This document shows positions 9,393 to 19,492 of a DNA stretch of 64,000 nucleotides, piece after piece; the first letter of the stretch is position 1, and the number at the start of each line of letters is the position of its first letter. Location: positions 992,001-1,056,000 of the forward strand of contig CAVTMK010000002.1 in NCBI GenBank assembly GCA_963735805.1, given 5' to 3'. The position numbers and the translations under genes are program-made. The notes under the pieces were generated by a model. That model was not told the DNA's origin and did not search any database. It saw only the letters and a program-made list of their open reading frames with translations. Source of the DNA: an uncultured Verrucomicrobiae bacterium. Its GTDB lineage: Bacteria > Verrucomicrobiota > Verrucomicrobiia > Chthoniobacterales > UBA10450.

Positions 9393-10493
9393 TTATCCCA
9401 GCTTTACAAAATATTTGCCGGGCAATTGCTTGACCAAACGCTTCAGTTCTAATTGCAACAGAGTCGATGAAACCGTCCCACTCGGCAGATGTGTTTTCTC
9501 TGTGATGTCATCAATCGATGTTTCAGTTTGTTCGATGGCGTCATAAATACGGCGCTCGTACTCGGAGAGCAGCGGCAAGGGACGTGCCGCTGCCTCGGGC
9601 GAAGGTTTTGTCTCCGGGAGAAGAATCTGTAAGTCGTCCAGGACATCGCTGGCGTCCATGACGAGTTTCGCGCCTTGCTGAATGAGCCGGTTGGATCCAA
9701 TTGCGCTCGGCGCGTTGATGTGGCCGGGAACCGCGTAAACTGATCGGCCCTGTTCGAGCGCCTGCGACGCAGTGATGAGCGCGCCGCTATTCAAGCCCGC
9801 CTCCACCACGAGAACCCCATGACTCCAGCCGGAAATGATCCGGTTGCGCATTGGAAACGTTTGGCGATCTGGTTCGATTTCCATCGAAAATTCGGACACG
9901 ATCGCCCCATTTCCTGCTCGAATTTTTTCGGCAAGCGCAGCGTTCTCTGGCGGATAGAGTCTCGCCAATCCGGAGCCGATCACGGCGATCGTGCGCCCCT
10001 TAGCCGCCAGCGCTCCTTGGTGTGCCGCCGTGTCGATCCCGCGAGCAAGTCCGCTGATAACAGTCAATCCCGCGTAGGCCAGCTGGTATGCCAGCTTTTT
10101 CGCAGATTCGACGCCGTAATGCGTAGTGCGCCGCGCGCCGATGATTCCAATTGCATGATGGTCGCGCTGCTGCAGTTCGCCCCAGACATACAGCACAATT
10201 GGTGGCGCATGAATCTCACGCAGCGGCTTGGGATATGATGGCGACCCCTGCGTGATGACTGTGGCTCCGAATTCCCGAACCCGGTCGAGCTCCGCGTCAA
10301 GATCGACAGTCGATTCCCAGTCGCTAATTTGATCGGCCACTTCACTACCGATTCCTTCGATTTTTCGAAGATCGTTGCGCTTTGCGGCGAGGATTCGTTG
10401 GGGTTCCTTGAATACTTCCAGTAATCTTCGCAGCCGCACAGGTCCGACCGTTGGCAGCATGTTGAGCGCGATACATGCTTCGGTCGCGTTCAT
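9393..10493 (-). CDS. dprA: DNA-processing protein DprA
   Basis: ISGLARGIDTAAH, FPMRNRIISG, SGALITA and a C-terminal winged helix. Confidence 0.95.
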   Translation of the reverse strand: MNATEACIALNMLPTVGPVRLRRLLEVFKEPQRILAAKRNDLRKIEGIGSEVADQISDWESTVDLDAELDRVREFGATVITQGSPSYPKPLREIHAPPIVLYVWGELQQRDHHAIGIIGARRTTHYGVESAKKLAYQLAYAGLTVISGLARGIDTAAHQGALAAKGRTIAVIGSGLARLYPPENAALAEKIRAGNGAIVSEFSMEIEPDRQTFPMRNRIISGWSHGVLVVEAGLNSGALITASQALEQGRSVYAVPGHINAPSAIGSNRLIQQGAKLVMDASDVLDDLQILLPETKPSPEAAARPLPLLSEYERRIYDAIEQTETSIDDITEKTHLPSGTVSSTLLQLELKRLVKQLPGKYFVKLG

Positions 10494-10526
10494 TTGTAGG
10501 TCGCAAGCTGAAGGCTCGCGCTGTTT

Positions 10527-10985
10527 CTAGAAGGGAATTTCGTCGTCGTCCGGCTCAGCTCGTGCAGGGCCTTTGGGCGGCGCCGCCGCTTTGCTGCCAG
10601 CCCCTGTAGCAGGTCGATCTTCTTCCGTTGTCTCACCTGAGGCGCCACCGGGACGGCCGCCTAGCAATTGCATGCTCTCACCCACGACGCGAAGTTTGGT
10701 TCGCTTTTGCCCAGTCTGCTTATCATCCCAGCTGTCCATTTGCAGACGACCTTCGATGAAAATCGGCCTGCCTTTTTTTAAATATTCGCCGGCGATTTCG
10801 GCCAGGCGCGCCCACAGGACAACATCGACAAAGGTGACTTCTTCGCGTCTTTCCCCGCCCTCAGTGGTGTAAACGCGATTGACTGCGATGCCAAGGTCGC
10901 ATACCGCACTGCCCTTTGGGGTGTACCGCACTTCCGGGTCGCGCGTGAGATTTCCGAGCAGAATGACTTTATTGAAACTGGCCAT
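10527..10985 (-). CDS. ssb: Single-stranded DNA-binding protein
   Basis: NKVILLGNLTRDPE and the C-terminal DDDEIPF. Confidence 0.97.
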   Translation of the reverse strand: MASFNKVILLGNLTRDPEVRYTPKGSAVCDLGIAVNRVYTTEGGERREEVTFVDVVLWARLAEIAGEYLKKGRPIFIEGRLQMDSWDDKQTGQKRTKLRVVGESMQLLGGRPGGASGETTEEDRPATGAGSKAAAPPKGPARAEPDDDEIPF

Positions 10986-11003
10986 TCCCGGCTTATATCC
11001 AAA

Positions 11004-11330
11004 TCACTTCGATCTGGCCACCTTTTTCCGCTTTTCCTTCTTTTCGTGAATACGCTGGTAATTCTGGCGGTAGACCTCCGGATCCAGCTTGAACTTCGAT
11101 CGCAGCTTCGCAATCGAATCCGGCTCGGCATTGAAGACAAAGTTTACATAATAGCCCGCGCCGAGTGATCCAGCGGCGTAGGAAAACTGCCGTTTATCCA
11201 TTTTCTGCACCTGTTCGATCTGGGCGCCTTCTTGTTGAAACTCGGATTCCAATCGATCGATAATTTCTTTAACGGTCTCTTCCCGTCCCTGAGCGTTTAG
11301 CACGAGCAGAGCTTCATAGTGGTGCTTCAT
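11004..11330 (-). CDS. rpsF: 30S ribosomal protein S6
   Basis: HYEALLVL...KRQFSY...GYYVNFVF; position between pth and ssb. Confidence 0.9.
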   Translation of the reverse strand: MKHHYEALLVLNAQGREETVKEIIDRLESEFQQEGAQIEQVQKMDKRQFSYAAGSLGAGYYVNFVFNAEPDSIAKLRSKFKLDPEVYRQNYQRIHEKKEKRKKVARSK

Positions 11331-11332
11331 AG

Positions 11333-11902
11333 TTATTCAGTTTTGTTGAAAATGTTCATCGCGGAAATAAGGTCGTTGTCAATCGCACATTTCACTGCTT
11401 CTGCTGCCCGATCGATTGTGGACCCAACAAGCGACTTTTCCTCCTCAAAGAAACGGCTCAATACGTAATCGGCGGATGCCGCCGGCGGAGCCGCTCCGAT
11501 TCCGATCCGAAGACGCGGAATTTCCTCGGTACCAAATTGGATAATGACGGATTCGAGACCGTTGTGGCCACCTGATCCTCCGTCGAGCCTCAATCTCAGG
11601 CGGCCCAGCGGCAGCGCCGTGTCATCAAGCACCACAAGAATCTCTGGCGGTTCGATCTTGTAAAACTGCGCTATAGCCTGCAGCGGGTATCCACTCCGGT
11701 TCATGTAGCTTGTCGGTTTTGCCAGAAACACATCTCCGGCTTTGGCCAATAAGGCGTCCCACCTTGTCGATTTTTCCCAAGTCGATCGAAACTGCGCGGC
11801 CAGTTGATCAGCTACCATGAAGCCAATGTTGTGCCTCGTGGCGGCGTATTCTGGCCCCGGGTTTCCAAGCCCGGCAACCAATCGAATTGACGATTCTTCC
11901 AC
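11333..11902 (-). CDS. pth: Peptidyl-tRNA hydrolase
   Basis: GLGNPGPEY..TRHNIGF, KPTSYMNRSG, GGHNGL, RLRIGIG. Confidence 0.97.
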   Translation of the reverse strand: MEESSIRLVAGLGNPGPEYAATRHNIGFMVADQLAAQFRSTWEKSTRWDALLAKAGDVFLAKPTSYMNRSGYPLQAIAQFYKIEPPEILVVLDDTALPLGRLRLRLDGGSGGHNGLESVIIQFGTEEIPRLRIGIGAAPPAASADYVLSRFFEEEKSLVGSTIDRAAEAVKCAIDNDLISAMNIFNKTE

Positions 11903-11967
11903 GTCTGCTCAACCAGCGATCCGGACCGAGTCGGACTGGCATTTTTCGCAATCTGCAATCAAAAAGA

Positions 11968-12678
11968 CTACTTCTTTTGCTCTTTTTCCTTTGGAGCCTT
12001 TTCCTTCGCAGCCGGCGCGGCACCAGATGCCTCGCCCTCTTCCTTCTTCTCAGTGATAACTTCCGGTCCCGCCGCGGCCGCTTCGGCCTCAACGGCAGCT
12101 GGTTCCTCTTCAACAACTGGAGCCAGAACCGAAAATACCGTCAAATCCACTGGCACCTTTGCCGTGACTCCAGATGGAAGTTGAATGTCACGCACGTGAA
12201 TCGAGTCGCCGATGTTCAATTGCGACACATCGACGGTAATTCGATCTGGCAAATCGCGAGGCAAACACTCGATGGCGAGAGACCGCAGACTCTGCTCAAG
12301 CAGTCCACCGAAAGTCTTTACGCCGACGGGAGTGCCGCTCGGTTCCAGGGGAACTTCAGCTTGAATGGTTTCATCCATCGATATGGCGTGAAAATCGACA
12401 TGGACGATCTCGCCACCCACCGGTGAATGCTGGACTTCCTGCACCAGCGCTGCTCGGTTTGATTTTTCGCCAGCGATCTCAAGCTCAACCAAGACGTTTT
12501 CGCCCGAGGCGTGGCTCATCATGGCATTGATGTCGCGAGCAGCGACCTGCAAAGACTGTGACTTAACTTTTCCTCCGTAAATGACGGCTGGAATAATTCC
12601 GCGGTCTCGTAGCTTGCGCACGCCCGACCGGCCCACATCGCTTCGAGGCTCTGCTTTTAATTTAACCTGTTTTGCCAT
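11968..12678 (-). CDS. rplY: 50S ribosomal protein L25/CTC
   Basis: LRDRGIIPAVIYG, HVDF, a CTC C-terminal domain and an acidic tail. Confidence 0.95.
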   Translation of the reverse strand: MAKQVKLKAEPRSDVGRSGVRKLRDRGIIPAVIYGGKVKSQSLQVAARDINAMMSHASGENVLVELEIAGEKSNRAALVQEVQHSPVGGEIVHVDFHAISMDETIQAEVPLEPSGTPVGVKTFGGLLEQSLRSLAIECLPRDLPDRITVDVSQLNIGDSIHVRDIQLPSGVTAKVPVDLTVFSVLAPVVEEEPAAVEAEAAAAGPEVITEKKEEGEASGAAPAAKEKAPKEKEQKK

Positions 12679-13636
12679 TTGTTCCGTCCTCTATATTAAA
12701 CAGCGACGACACAGACTCATCATTGTGAATCCGCTTGATGCCTTCCCCGAGAAGCTCGGAAATGCATAGCACCGTGGTTTTAAACCCTTTCACAGTGCGC
12801 ACAGGCGTGCTGTTCGTGGTTACTAATTCCGCAATTTGAGACTTTTGCAAACGCTCGATTGCGATATCCACCAGCACAGCGTGCGAGACGCCGGCGTAAA
12901 TTTTCTTCGCGCCGCGTTTTTTCAAAAGCTCCGCAGCTGAGGTCAACGTGCCAGCTGTCTCAGTGAGGTCGTCAACTAGAAGAATATCGCGCCCTTCTAC
13001 TTCGCCGATGAGGTATAATGCCTCGGTTTCCGTGGCGCTCCGGCGTTCCTTTGCCACAATCGCGAGGCTCGCACGTAACGCCTCCGCGTAAGCCGAAGCC
13101 ATTTTGAGTCCGCCCAAGTCTGGGGAAACGACCGTCGTTTTACTCTTAAGCTCTTTTCGCAAATACTTGATCAAAACCGGGAGCGAGTAGAGGTGATCTA
13201 CCGGAATGTCGAAGAATCCCTGCACCTGTTGGGCGTGGAGGTCCATGGTGAGGACGCGGTTCACTCCCGAGGCATGCAGCAAATTTGCTACCAGCTTGGC
13301 TGTAATCGGCACACGGGGTTGATCCTTTCGGTCCTGGCGTGCGTATCCGAAGAACGGGATCACCGCAGTGATCCGATCGGCACTGGCACGCCTCGCTGCG
13401 TCCACCATAATCAGCAACTCCATTAGATGCTGGTTCGTGGGCGGGCAGGTCGGCTGAATGATGAAAACGTCATGGCCGCGGATGTTTTCCTCGATTTTTA
13501 CGTACGTCTCGCTGTCGGGAAACGAGCTGATCGTTGCCCGGCCCAGTGGCACACCAACGTATTGGCAAATGCGCTTGGCCAGATCGGGGTTGGCGGAACC
13601 GCTGAAAATTTTTAATTCCGGTTGGAGAGCGAACAT
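12662..13636 (-). CDS. prs: Ribose-phosphate pyrophosphokinase
   Basis: PFFGYARQDRK, MDLHAQQVQGFF, VVSPDLGG, VDDLTETAGT. Confidence 0.97.
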   Translation of the reverse strand: MFALQPELKIFSGSANPDLAKRICQYVGVPLGRATISSFPDSETYVKIEENIRGHDVFIIQPTCPPTNQHLMELLIMVDAARRASADRITAVIPFFGYARQDRKDQPRVPITAKLVANLLHASGVNRVLTMDLHAQQVQGFFDIPVDHLYSLPVLIKYLRKELKSKTTVVSPDLGGLKMASAYAEALRASLAIVAKERRSATETEALYLIGEVEGRDILLVDDLTETAGTLTSAAELLKKRGAKKIYAGVSHAVLVDIAIERLQKSQIAELVTTNSTPVRTVKGFKTTVLCISELLGEGIKRIHNDESVSSLFNIEDGTNGKTG

Positions 13637-13733
13637 GAAGCGGCTAACTTAGGCGTTTGGCAATGCCCTTGGCAATCTTCAAAACTTGCCAATCAACTTT
13701 CTGTGGCGAAGTTTCAATACCCCGTTTTCTCAA

Positions 13734-14687
13734 ATGAGTGCCGAAGTTATTCGAATAGAGCGGCCCACAACGACCTCAAGGTTGTTTGCACATACTCGCT
13801 GGGATGCTATCCCCGCGTTGGCCGGCCTGTTTCACTTGGCTTATTTCGTTGGGCTCTTCTTCCTCTATCCGCATGCGCCGTTGTGGGTGATGCTAATCCT
13901 CGGGTTCATTTATTCGTTGATGGTCAATGCGAACATCAATGGGGTAGGGCATAACTTCATTCACAATCCGTTCTTCCGCTCCAAGACTCTGAATCGCATT
14001 TTTGGAGTGACACAATCAGTCGCTTGCTGTTTTTCACAGACGATGTACGACGCCGTGCACATGCAGCATCACAAGGGAAATTCCGATCGCCAGAGTGAAA
14101 ACGGCGATACTATTGATTGGTTGTCAATTTATCGTCATGGCCATGACGGCGAGGCAGAAAGTCCATGGCGCTACGTGTTTCTAAGTTTCTTTCGAGACGA
14201 CGTGGGAGCAATTCATCGAGAGCTGCGCAAACGCAAGAACGGCGATCTTTTCTGGGGCAACCTCGAGTTGGCTGCTTTCGCGACCGCACTCTTCGTGATG
14301 TTTCTGTTCAACTGGCGGTATGTGATTTTTTTCCTCTTGCCGTTCTGGTACCTCGGCCACTGCTTCAGTTATCTCAATGGCTATTATCGGCATTATGGAG
14401 CGAATCCGGATAAACCGATTGCCTGGGGTGTCAGCAGCTATGGAAAAATCTACAACTGGCTATTTTTCTACAATGGTTACCATGCCGAGCATCATTTTCG
14501 GCCCAAAGTGCATTGGACAAAGATGGAAACATTTCATCACAGCATCGAAGAGCTGCAAAAACAGGAAGGCGTTCGCACAATCAAGCGTGCCCACATGCTC
14601 GGTTTTCTGGATCCCGATTTGCCGAAACGCGGGGAATCCGGCCACACAGGTGTAGCCGCGTTTGTGTCGAACGCCGATTCCAAATAA
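13734..14687 (+). CDS. Membrane fatty acid desaturase-family protein (paralog 1)
   Basis: Three His boxes HNFIH, HMQHH and HAEHH plus TM segments. Confidence 0.85.
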   Translation: MSAEVIRIERPTTTSRLFAHTRWDAIPALAGLFHLAYFVGLFFLYPHAPLWVMLILGFIYSLMVNANINGVGHNFIHNPFFRSKTLNRIFGVTQSVACCFSQTMYDAVHMQHHKGNSDRQSENGDTIDWLSIYRHGHDGEAESPWRYVFLSFFRDDVGAIHRELRKRKNGDLFWGNLELAAFATALFVMFLFNWRYVIFFLLPFWYLGHCFSYLNGYYRHYGANPDKPIAWGVSSYGKIYNWLFFYNGYHAEHHFRPKVHWTKMETFHHSIEELQKQEGVRTIKRAHMLGFLDPDLPKRGESGHTGVAAFVSNADSK

Positions 14688-14718
14688 CCAGACTGTGCGC
14701 CCGCCGCGGCGAACACTC

Positions 14719-15009
14719 CTACGGCGACTTGCTAAAGTTCTTACGCAACTTTTCCTTTTTGGTCTCGCATTCTTCCTGCAACCGCCGGATTTCCGAGGCG
14801 AGCTGTTTCTCGAGTGATTGCATCTCTTCGAGCTTTCCGGCGAGCTGCGTTTTGTTAATTTGGTCTTTCAAGAAGACTTCCCGCTCAGCTATCTTCGCCC
14901 GATAAACGGAATCGAGTTGCGCGATTTCTTTCTTCTGATCGTCGCTAAGCGAGATAGATGGTGACTCTTTTGCAAGCCGCTCCATCGCCAATTCATAAGC
15001 TGACTTCAT
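14719..15009 (-). CDS. Small coiled-coil hypothetical protein
   Basis: MKSAYELAMERL...; helical and charged ORF filling an intergenic gap. Confidence 0.7.
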   Translation of the reverse strand: MKSAYELAMERLAKESPSISLSDDQKKEIAQLDSVYRAKIAEREVFLKDQINKTQLAGKLEEMQSLEKQLASEIRRLQEECETKKEKLRKNFSKSP

Positions 15010-15074
15010 TCGTCGATCCTGGTTCCTACTAATCGACGCATTGCATGTCTGAAATCAATTCCTAAGTTGATTCG

Positions 15075-15854
15075 ATGTCTTCGCGACTTCAATTACTCAG
15101 CACCGATTTCGACGGTACTCTCATTTCGCACCTGGGCGAACCAGCTCTGAATCGACAGTGTATGGAATTGATTCGCGAACTGCAGGGTGCAGGTGCGATC
15201 TGGGCAATTAACACTGGGCGCTCGGTTGATTTACTCGAATCTGGACTTGCCAGGTTTGATTTCGAGATTCGTCCGGATTTCATTCTGACAACTGAGCGCG
15301 ATGTTTTTCGCCCAGGCGGAAACGGGAATAAATGGGAGCCGTTCGGTGACTGGAACGACCGCTGCGCACGCGATCACGCTGAATTATTCTCTTCGTCCCA
15401 GCGCGTTCTCGCGGAAGTAATCGACTTTGTGGCTCAAGAAACAAAGGCGCGTCTCATTTACGATTCCGATCAACTCGAAGGTCTTGCTGCAGAAAACGAG
15501 GAAGAGATCGAAGCCATTGCCAAATTTATCCAGCAGGCACGAGGCGGGCATCCCAAGTTTGATTACCAACGGAATGGCGTTTATCTACGTTTTTGCCACG
15601 CCGATTATCACAAAGGGGCGGCGCTTCGTGAGTTGGCGCGCTTAATCGACGTTCCGCGGGATAACATTTTCGCGTCTGGCGACCATCACAACGATATCTC
15701 AATGTTAGATGGAAAAATTGCGGCGATGCCATCCTGCCCTGCAAATGCAATTCCACAGGTACAAAGCGCAGTGAGGAGTGCAGGCGGCTACGTGGCGCAA
15801 CAAGAGCATGGTGCGGGTGTCTTTGAAGCACTGCGCTACTTTGCGGAAAGCTAA
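15075..15854 (+). CDS. HAD-superfamily hydrolase (Cof/IIB-like)
   Basis: STDFDGTL, NTGR, KG.AL, GDHHNDISM. Confidence 0.9.
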   Translation: MSSRLQLLSTDFDGTLISHLGEPALNRQCMELIRELQGAGAIWAINTGRSVDLLESGLARFDFEIRPDFILTTERDVFRPGGNGNKWEPFGDWNDRCARDHAELFSSSQRVLAEVIDFVAQETKARLIYDSDQLEGLAAENEEEIEAIAKFIQQARGGHPKFDYQRNGVYLRFCHADYHKGAALRELARLIDVPRDNIFASGDHHNDISMLDGKIAAMPSCPANAIPQVQSAVRSAGGYVAQQEHGAGVFEALRYFAES

Positions 15855-15887
15855 GAGGTTAAAAGGTCAAAACTTTTGGCTTTGTAA

Positions 15888-16622
15888 CTATTCGATTTTC
15901 GCAGTAGCCAGCGCGAGCGGCACGTCGGCTTCGATTTTCCCAGCGAAGCGATTCGTCATGTATGTGAGGAGCAACACCCAAAAAGTAAGCGCTAGCCCGA
16001 ACAGTGGGAATTGGAGCGCAAGCGGCAGCGAATAGATAATTGCCATCAGCGGAATCCAGACTGCCCACGTAGCGAGCAATGTGGGAATGATTTTGTCGCG
16101 GTAATGCTCCCATGTGAAAAGGTCGCGAATGGGCTGGAGCGAGATACCACTGTTCTTCCATTCGTAAGTCAGCACGCCGAACGGAGCCGCAAAAAGGGGA
16201 TTGTATCCAAATTGATCGACGCAAATTTTAGCTGCGACAACCGGCAGCGTTGCGACATCTCCAAACCACCCCGCTTGGCTCCGGTACAAAAGATCAACAA
16301 GTATCCCATCGAGTCCCCATACCGGCACAGTGAAAAGCAAATTGCGAAGATTCCGACGGCTGGGCCGACTTTGCTGAAAGAAAAAAATCAAAAACAACTC
16401 CGGGACGAGCGCACCCGCTGCCACCGAAGCTACAATGACAAACAGGATACCGTGTGCACGCTTTAGTTCAGCCAGTTGGGAAAGGAGATGGAACGCGGTG
16501 TGACTGGTGTAGAAAGCCGCAAGCAAGATCAACATCAGCCCTTGGATAATTAGCGCCGGTAATGCGTTGGCTCGCGCCGCTTCCCAACCAAGGCTGAGCG
16601 GCGAGCGTGTTCTATACGTCAT
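15888..16622 (-). CDS. Membrane protein, Mpv17/PMP22-like
   Basis: K-x2-VDQFGYNP and WAVWIP...YSLP...FW motifs with several TM helices. Confidence 0.65.
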   Translation of the reverse strand: MTYRTRSPLSLGWEAARANALPALIIQGLMLILLAAFYTSHTAFHLLSQLAELKRAHGILFVIVASVAAGALVPELFLIFFFQQSRPSRRNLRNLLFTVPVWGLDGILVDLLYRSQAGWFGDVATLPVVAAKICVDQFGYNPLFAAPFGVLTYEWKNSGISLQPIRDLFTWEHYRDKIIPTLLATWAVWIPLMAIIYSLPLALQFPLFGLALTFWVLLLTYMTNRFAGKIEADVPLALATAKIE

Positions 16623-16758
16623 CGCCGGTGAGTGTTCTCAGTGCTTCGGCGCGATCAAGCAGAAATCGCTGCCGGCAGAGAGCCCGAATGTTTTTGGATC
16701 ACTCTTTCCGACGCCCACGAGGCCATTCGTCACAGGACATATGTCACGGTGTTGATTA

Positions 16759-16986
16759 TTACCAGTGTACGGTTCCGCTGGCTCCAGGCCCACCGGGGGT
16801 AAACTTTCCCTCATCGGATAGTTTTTCCCCGGGAACCGCAGCATCAGACGTAGCAGTAGGGGAGTTTGAATCGCCACTCATCGACTCTTGGGAGGATGCG
16901 CACGCGGACAGAAGCGATCCGATCAACAGAAACAGAACCGCGCGCAACGCAACACGTTCCTTCACGCGACGAACGTACGTCTGCAT
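16759..16986 (-). CDS. Small putative lipoprotein
   Basis: Hydrophobic stretch ending in an LSAC lipobox. Confidence 0.6.
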   Translation of the reverse strand: MQTYVRRVKERVALRAVLFLLIGSLLSACASSQESMSGDSNSPTATSDAAVPGEKLSDEGKFTPGGPGASGTVHW

Positions 16987-17024
16987 ATGCTTGATGCAAG
17001 CCGCGGTGTCCGATAGATTTTGTA

Positions 17025-18104
17025 GTGAAGAGCACCGGAAAAACAGACATCAAGTCTCTCGTTTTTAGCGAGCTTCAGGAGCAATTTCACCATCTGGGGG
17101 AACCCCCATATCGCGCCGGTCAGGTCGCCGACTGGCTTTACAAAAAGCGCGTCGACACAATCGACGAAATGACCAATTTACCGCAACCGTTGCGCGGGCG
17201 GCTGTCGGAGGCGTTTTCGCTTGCCAACATTAGCCTCGTGCGCGTGCTCGGTGCGCGTGATACGACGCGAAAATTTCTTTTTCGTCTAGGCGACAGAAAT
17301 TTGATTGAATCCGTTTTGATCCCCGCATCGCTAGCGCTGTACGGCGGGAGATCGGATCGCCGAACAATCTGTGTCTCGACCCAAGTGGGTTGCGCTTACG
17401 GTTGCAAATTCTGCGCGAGCGGCTTGGACGGTTTCTCGCGCAACCTGAGTGCAAGCGAAATCGTTGACCAAATTATCGCCGTTGAGCGTGTAACCGGAGA
17501 GAAGATCGACAATGTAGTCTTCATGGGGATGGGCGAGCCACTCGCCAATCTCGAGAACGTCCTGCGCGCGATTCAGATTATGAACGCGGAATGGGGCCTC
17601 GGTATCGGCGCGCGTCACATCACGATTTCAACCAGCGGACTGGCGCCGCAGATTCGCAAACTGGCCGAAGAACGTTCGCAAATTAGGCTGGCCGTTTCTT
17701 TGCATGGTGCCACCGACGAAGTTCGCAATCGGATCATGCCAATCAACCGCCGTTACGACATCGCAGCGCTGCTTTCTGCTTGCGACTATTACAAAGCCCG
17801 CAAGAAGCAGAGGCTCACATTCGAATACATCTTGATCGCAGACGTGAACGATTCTGACGAGCAGGCGCGTTTCCTTTCGGCCCATGCACATCGGCTGTCG
17901 GCAAAAGTAAATTTAATTCCGTATAATAACGTGTCCGGTCTTTCCTGGACGCGACCGTCAAAAAACCGTCAGGAAAGATTTTTATCAATCTTACGAGGCG
18001 AAAGCATTCCGGCGACATTGCGTCGTGAAAAGGGCCATGAGATCGATGCCGCCTGCGGACAATTGCGAATGCAAACGGAGCGCGAAGCGTTCCTCCGTGG
18101 ATAA
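17025..18104 (+). CDS. rlmN: 23S rRNA m2A2503 methyltransferase (radical SAM)
   Basis: CVSTQVGCAYGCKFC, FMGMGEP, AACGQL. Confidence 0.96.
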   Translation: MKSTGKTDIKSLVFSELQEQFHHLGEPPYRAGQVADWLYKKRVDTIDEMTNLPQPLRGRLSEAFSLANISLVRVLGARDTTRKFLFRLGDRNLIESVLIPASLALYGGRSDRRTICVSTQVGCAYGCKFCASGLDGFSRNLSASEIVDQIIAVERVTGEKIDNVVFMGMGEPLANLENVLRAIQIMNAEWGLGIGARHITISTSGLAPQIRKLAEERSQIRLAVSLHGATDEVRNRIMPINRRYDIAALLSACDYYKARKKQRLTFEYILIADVNDSDEQARFLSAHAHRLSAKVNLIPYNNVSGLSWTRPSKNRQERFLSILRGESIPATLRREKGHEIDAACGQLRMQTEREAFLRG

Positions 18105-18181
18105 CAGGATCGGAGCACTGGCGGTCGCGGTTTAGCGAAAGATTTTGCGCGCGGAGACAAGCTCGCGTTTAGTCTTCAGGT

Positions 18182-18853
18182 ATGGCTGGTTACGAGGGCG
18201 AGCCCGAACGCGTATGGGATGAGTACCAATGGGAGCGTTTTCTACAGCAACAGGAGGGCAAGGCAGAAAAATACATGCGACTGCTGGAAGAATACCTTGA
18301 TGATCCCCAGCGCGACGAGATCATCGCCCGCGAAATGGGTTGGACCCAACTGTTGGACGTCAGAGATTGGAGCGCTGAACTTGATGCGCTGCCGGATGAA
18401 TACGCAATGGAAGAGGACGATTCCAGCATCGACGAGGCTTCCACATGCGGAGAGCCCTTTGAAGGGCATGATCTGTATCGTGCTGCCTTTGCTTTGACAA
18501 TCTGGATTGATCACCTTTTCGATCGAAACGCTTCGCTTCAGAACGAGCCGGCGGCCGTGAAATTGGCCACGCAAGCCGCGCTGGCGAATGCCAAGCTGGC
18601 CGCTGCCTTGAGCAGCGATAGCCTGAGTGAGATCGGGATGACAATCGCCTATTTGAAGCGGGCCTTAAAAGCAATCACGATTTCAATGGACGCGGCGACG
18701 CAACTTCGAAAAGCCGCCGGGCTGGTTACCCGCTCACAATATGCAGTCCTTCGACAGCGACTTTTTCAAGTTCGAGACGGGATTGTTACCCTGATGGGTG
18801 AGTATCGTGGCGAGTGGCGGCGCCGGTTCGGCGCCGAAGGTTTTCGGCGTTGA
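18182..18853 (+). CDS. Hypothetical protein
   Basis: Long ORF co-oriented between rlmN and the ECF sigma gene; acidic N-terminus and helical C-terminus. Confidence 0.7.
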   Translation: MAGYEGEPERVWDEYQWERFLQQQEGKAEKYMRLLEEYLDDPQRDEIIAREMGWTQLLDVRDWSAELDALPDEYAMEEDDSSIDEASTCGEPFEGHDLYRAAFALTIWIDHLFDRNASLQNEPAAVKLATQAALANAKLAAALSSDSLSEIGMTIAYLKRALKAITISMDAATQLRKAAGLVTRSQYAVLRQRLFQVRDGIVTLMGEYRGEWRRRFGAEGFRR

Positions 18854-18880
18854 ATGAAATAGGGCCGGCTCCCGTCCAAC

Positions 18881-19492
18881 ATGCAAACGGAAGCGACTCT
18901 GGCTCAGGCCGATGTGTCAGACTTGGACTTGGTGACACGATGCCAGTCCGGTGACACCGAGGCATTCGACGAGCTGGTAGCTCGCTATCGAACACGAGTA
19001 TTTGGCATGATTTACAATATGGTGCATAGCGAGCAGGACGCCTGGGACCTTGCTCAGGACAGCTTCGTTAAAGCATGGAAATCGATTAGACGGTTTCGCG
19101 GACGCTCATCATTTTTTACCTGGATTTATCGGATCGTCATGAATGTGACGATCGATTGGCTCCGGAAAAAACAAATCAAAGGCGGAGGCAGCGAATTCGA
19201 CGATACGATCCAGCTAAAGGAGATCGAGCCTTCGTCCAAAACGGTGCCGAAGTCGGAAGCTTTGCCTCACGAGATGATGGAACGAAGCGAGATTCGCGCT
19301 CGAATCGACAAAGCGATTGCCCAGCTCCCAGCCGAGCAGCGAGCGGTCGTTTTGATGAAAGAGATCGACGATATGCAATATCATGAAATTGCAGAAGTAC
19401 TTGGTTGCTCAATCGGGACGGTGATGTCGCGCCTGTTTTATGCGCGGAAAAAATTGCAAAATCTGTTGAGAGACGTCTATGAAGACACTTGA
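18881..19492 (+). CDS. ECF-type RNA polymerase sigma factor
   Basis: Region 2 DAWDLAQDSF...FFTWIYRI and region 4 YHEIAEVLGCSIGTVMSRL. Confidence 0.95.
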   Translation: MQTEATLAQADVSDLDLVTRCQSGDTEAFDELVARYRTRVFGMIYNMVHSEQDAWDLAQDSFVKAWKSIRRFRGRSSFFTWIYRIVMNVTIDWLRKKQIKGGGSEFDDTIQLKEIEPSSKTVPKSEALPHEMMERSEIRARIDKAIAQLPAEQRAVVLMKEIDDMQYHEIAEVLGCSIGTVMSRLFYARKKLQNLLRDVYEDT

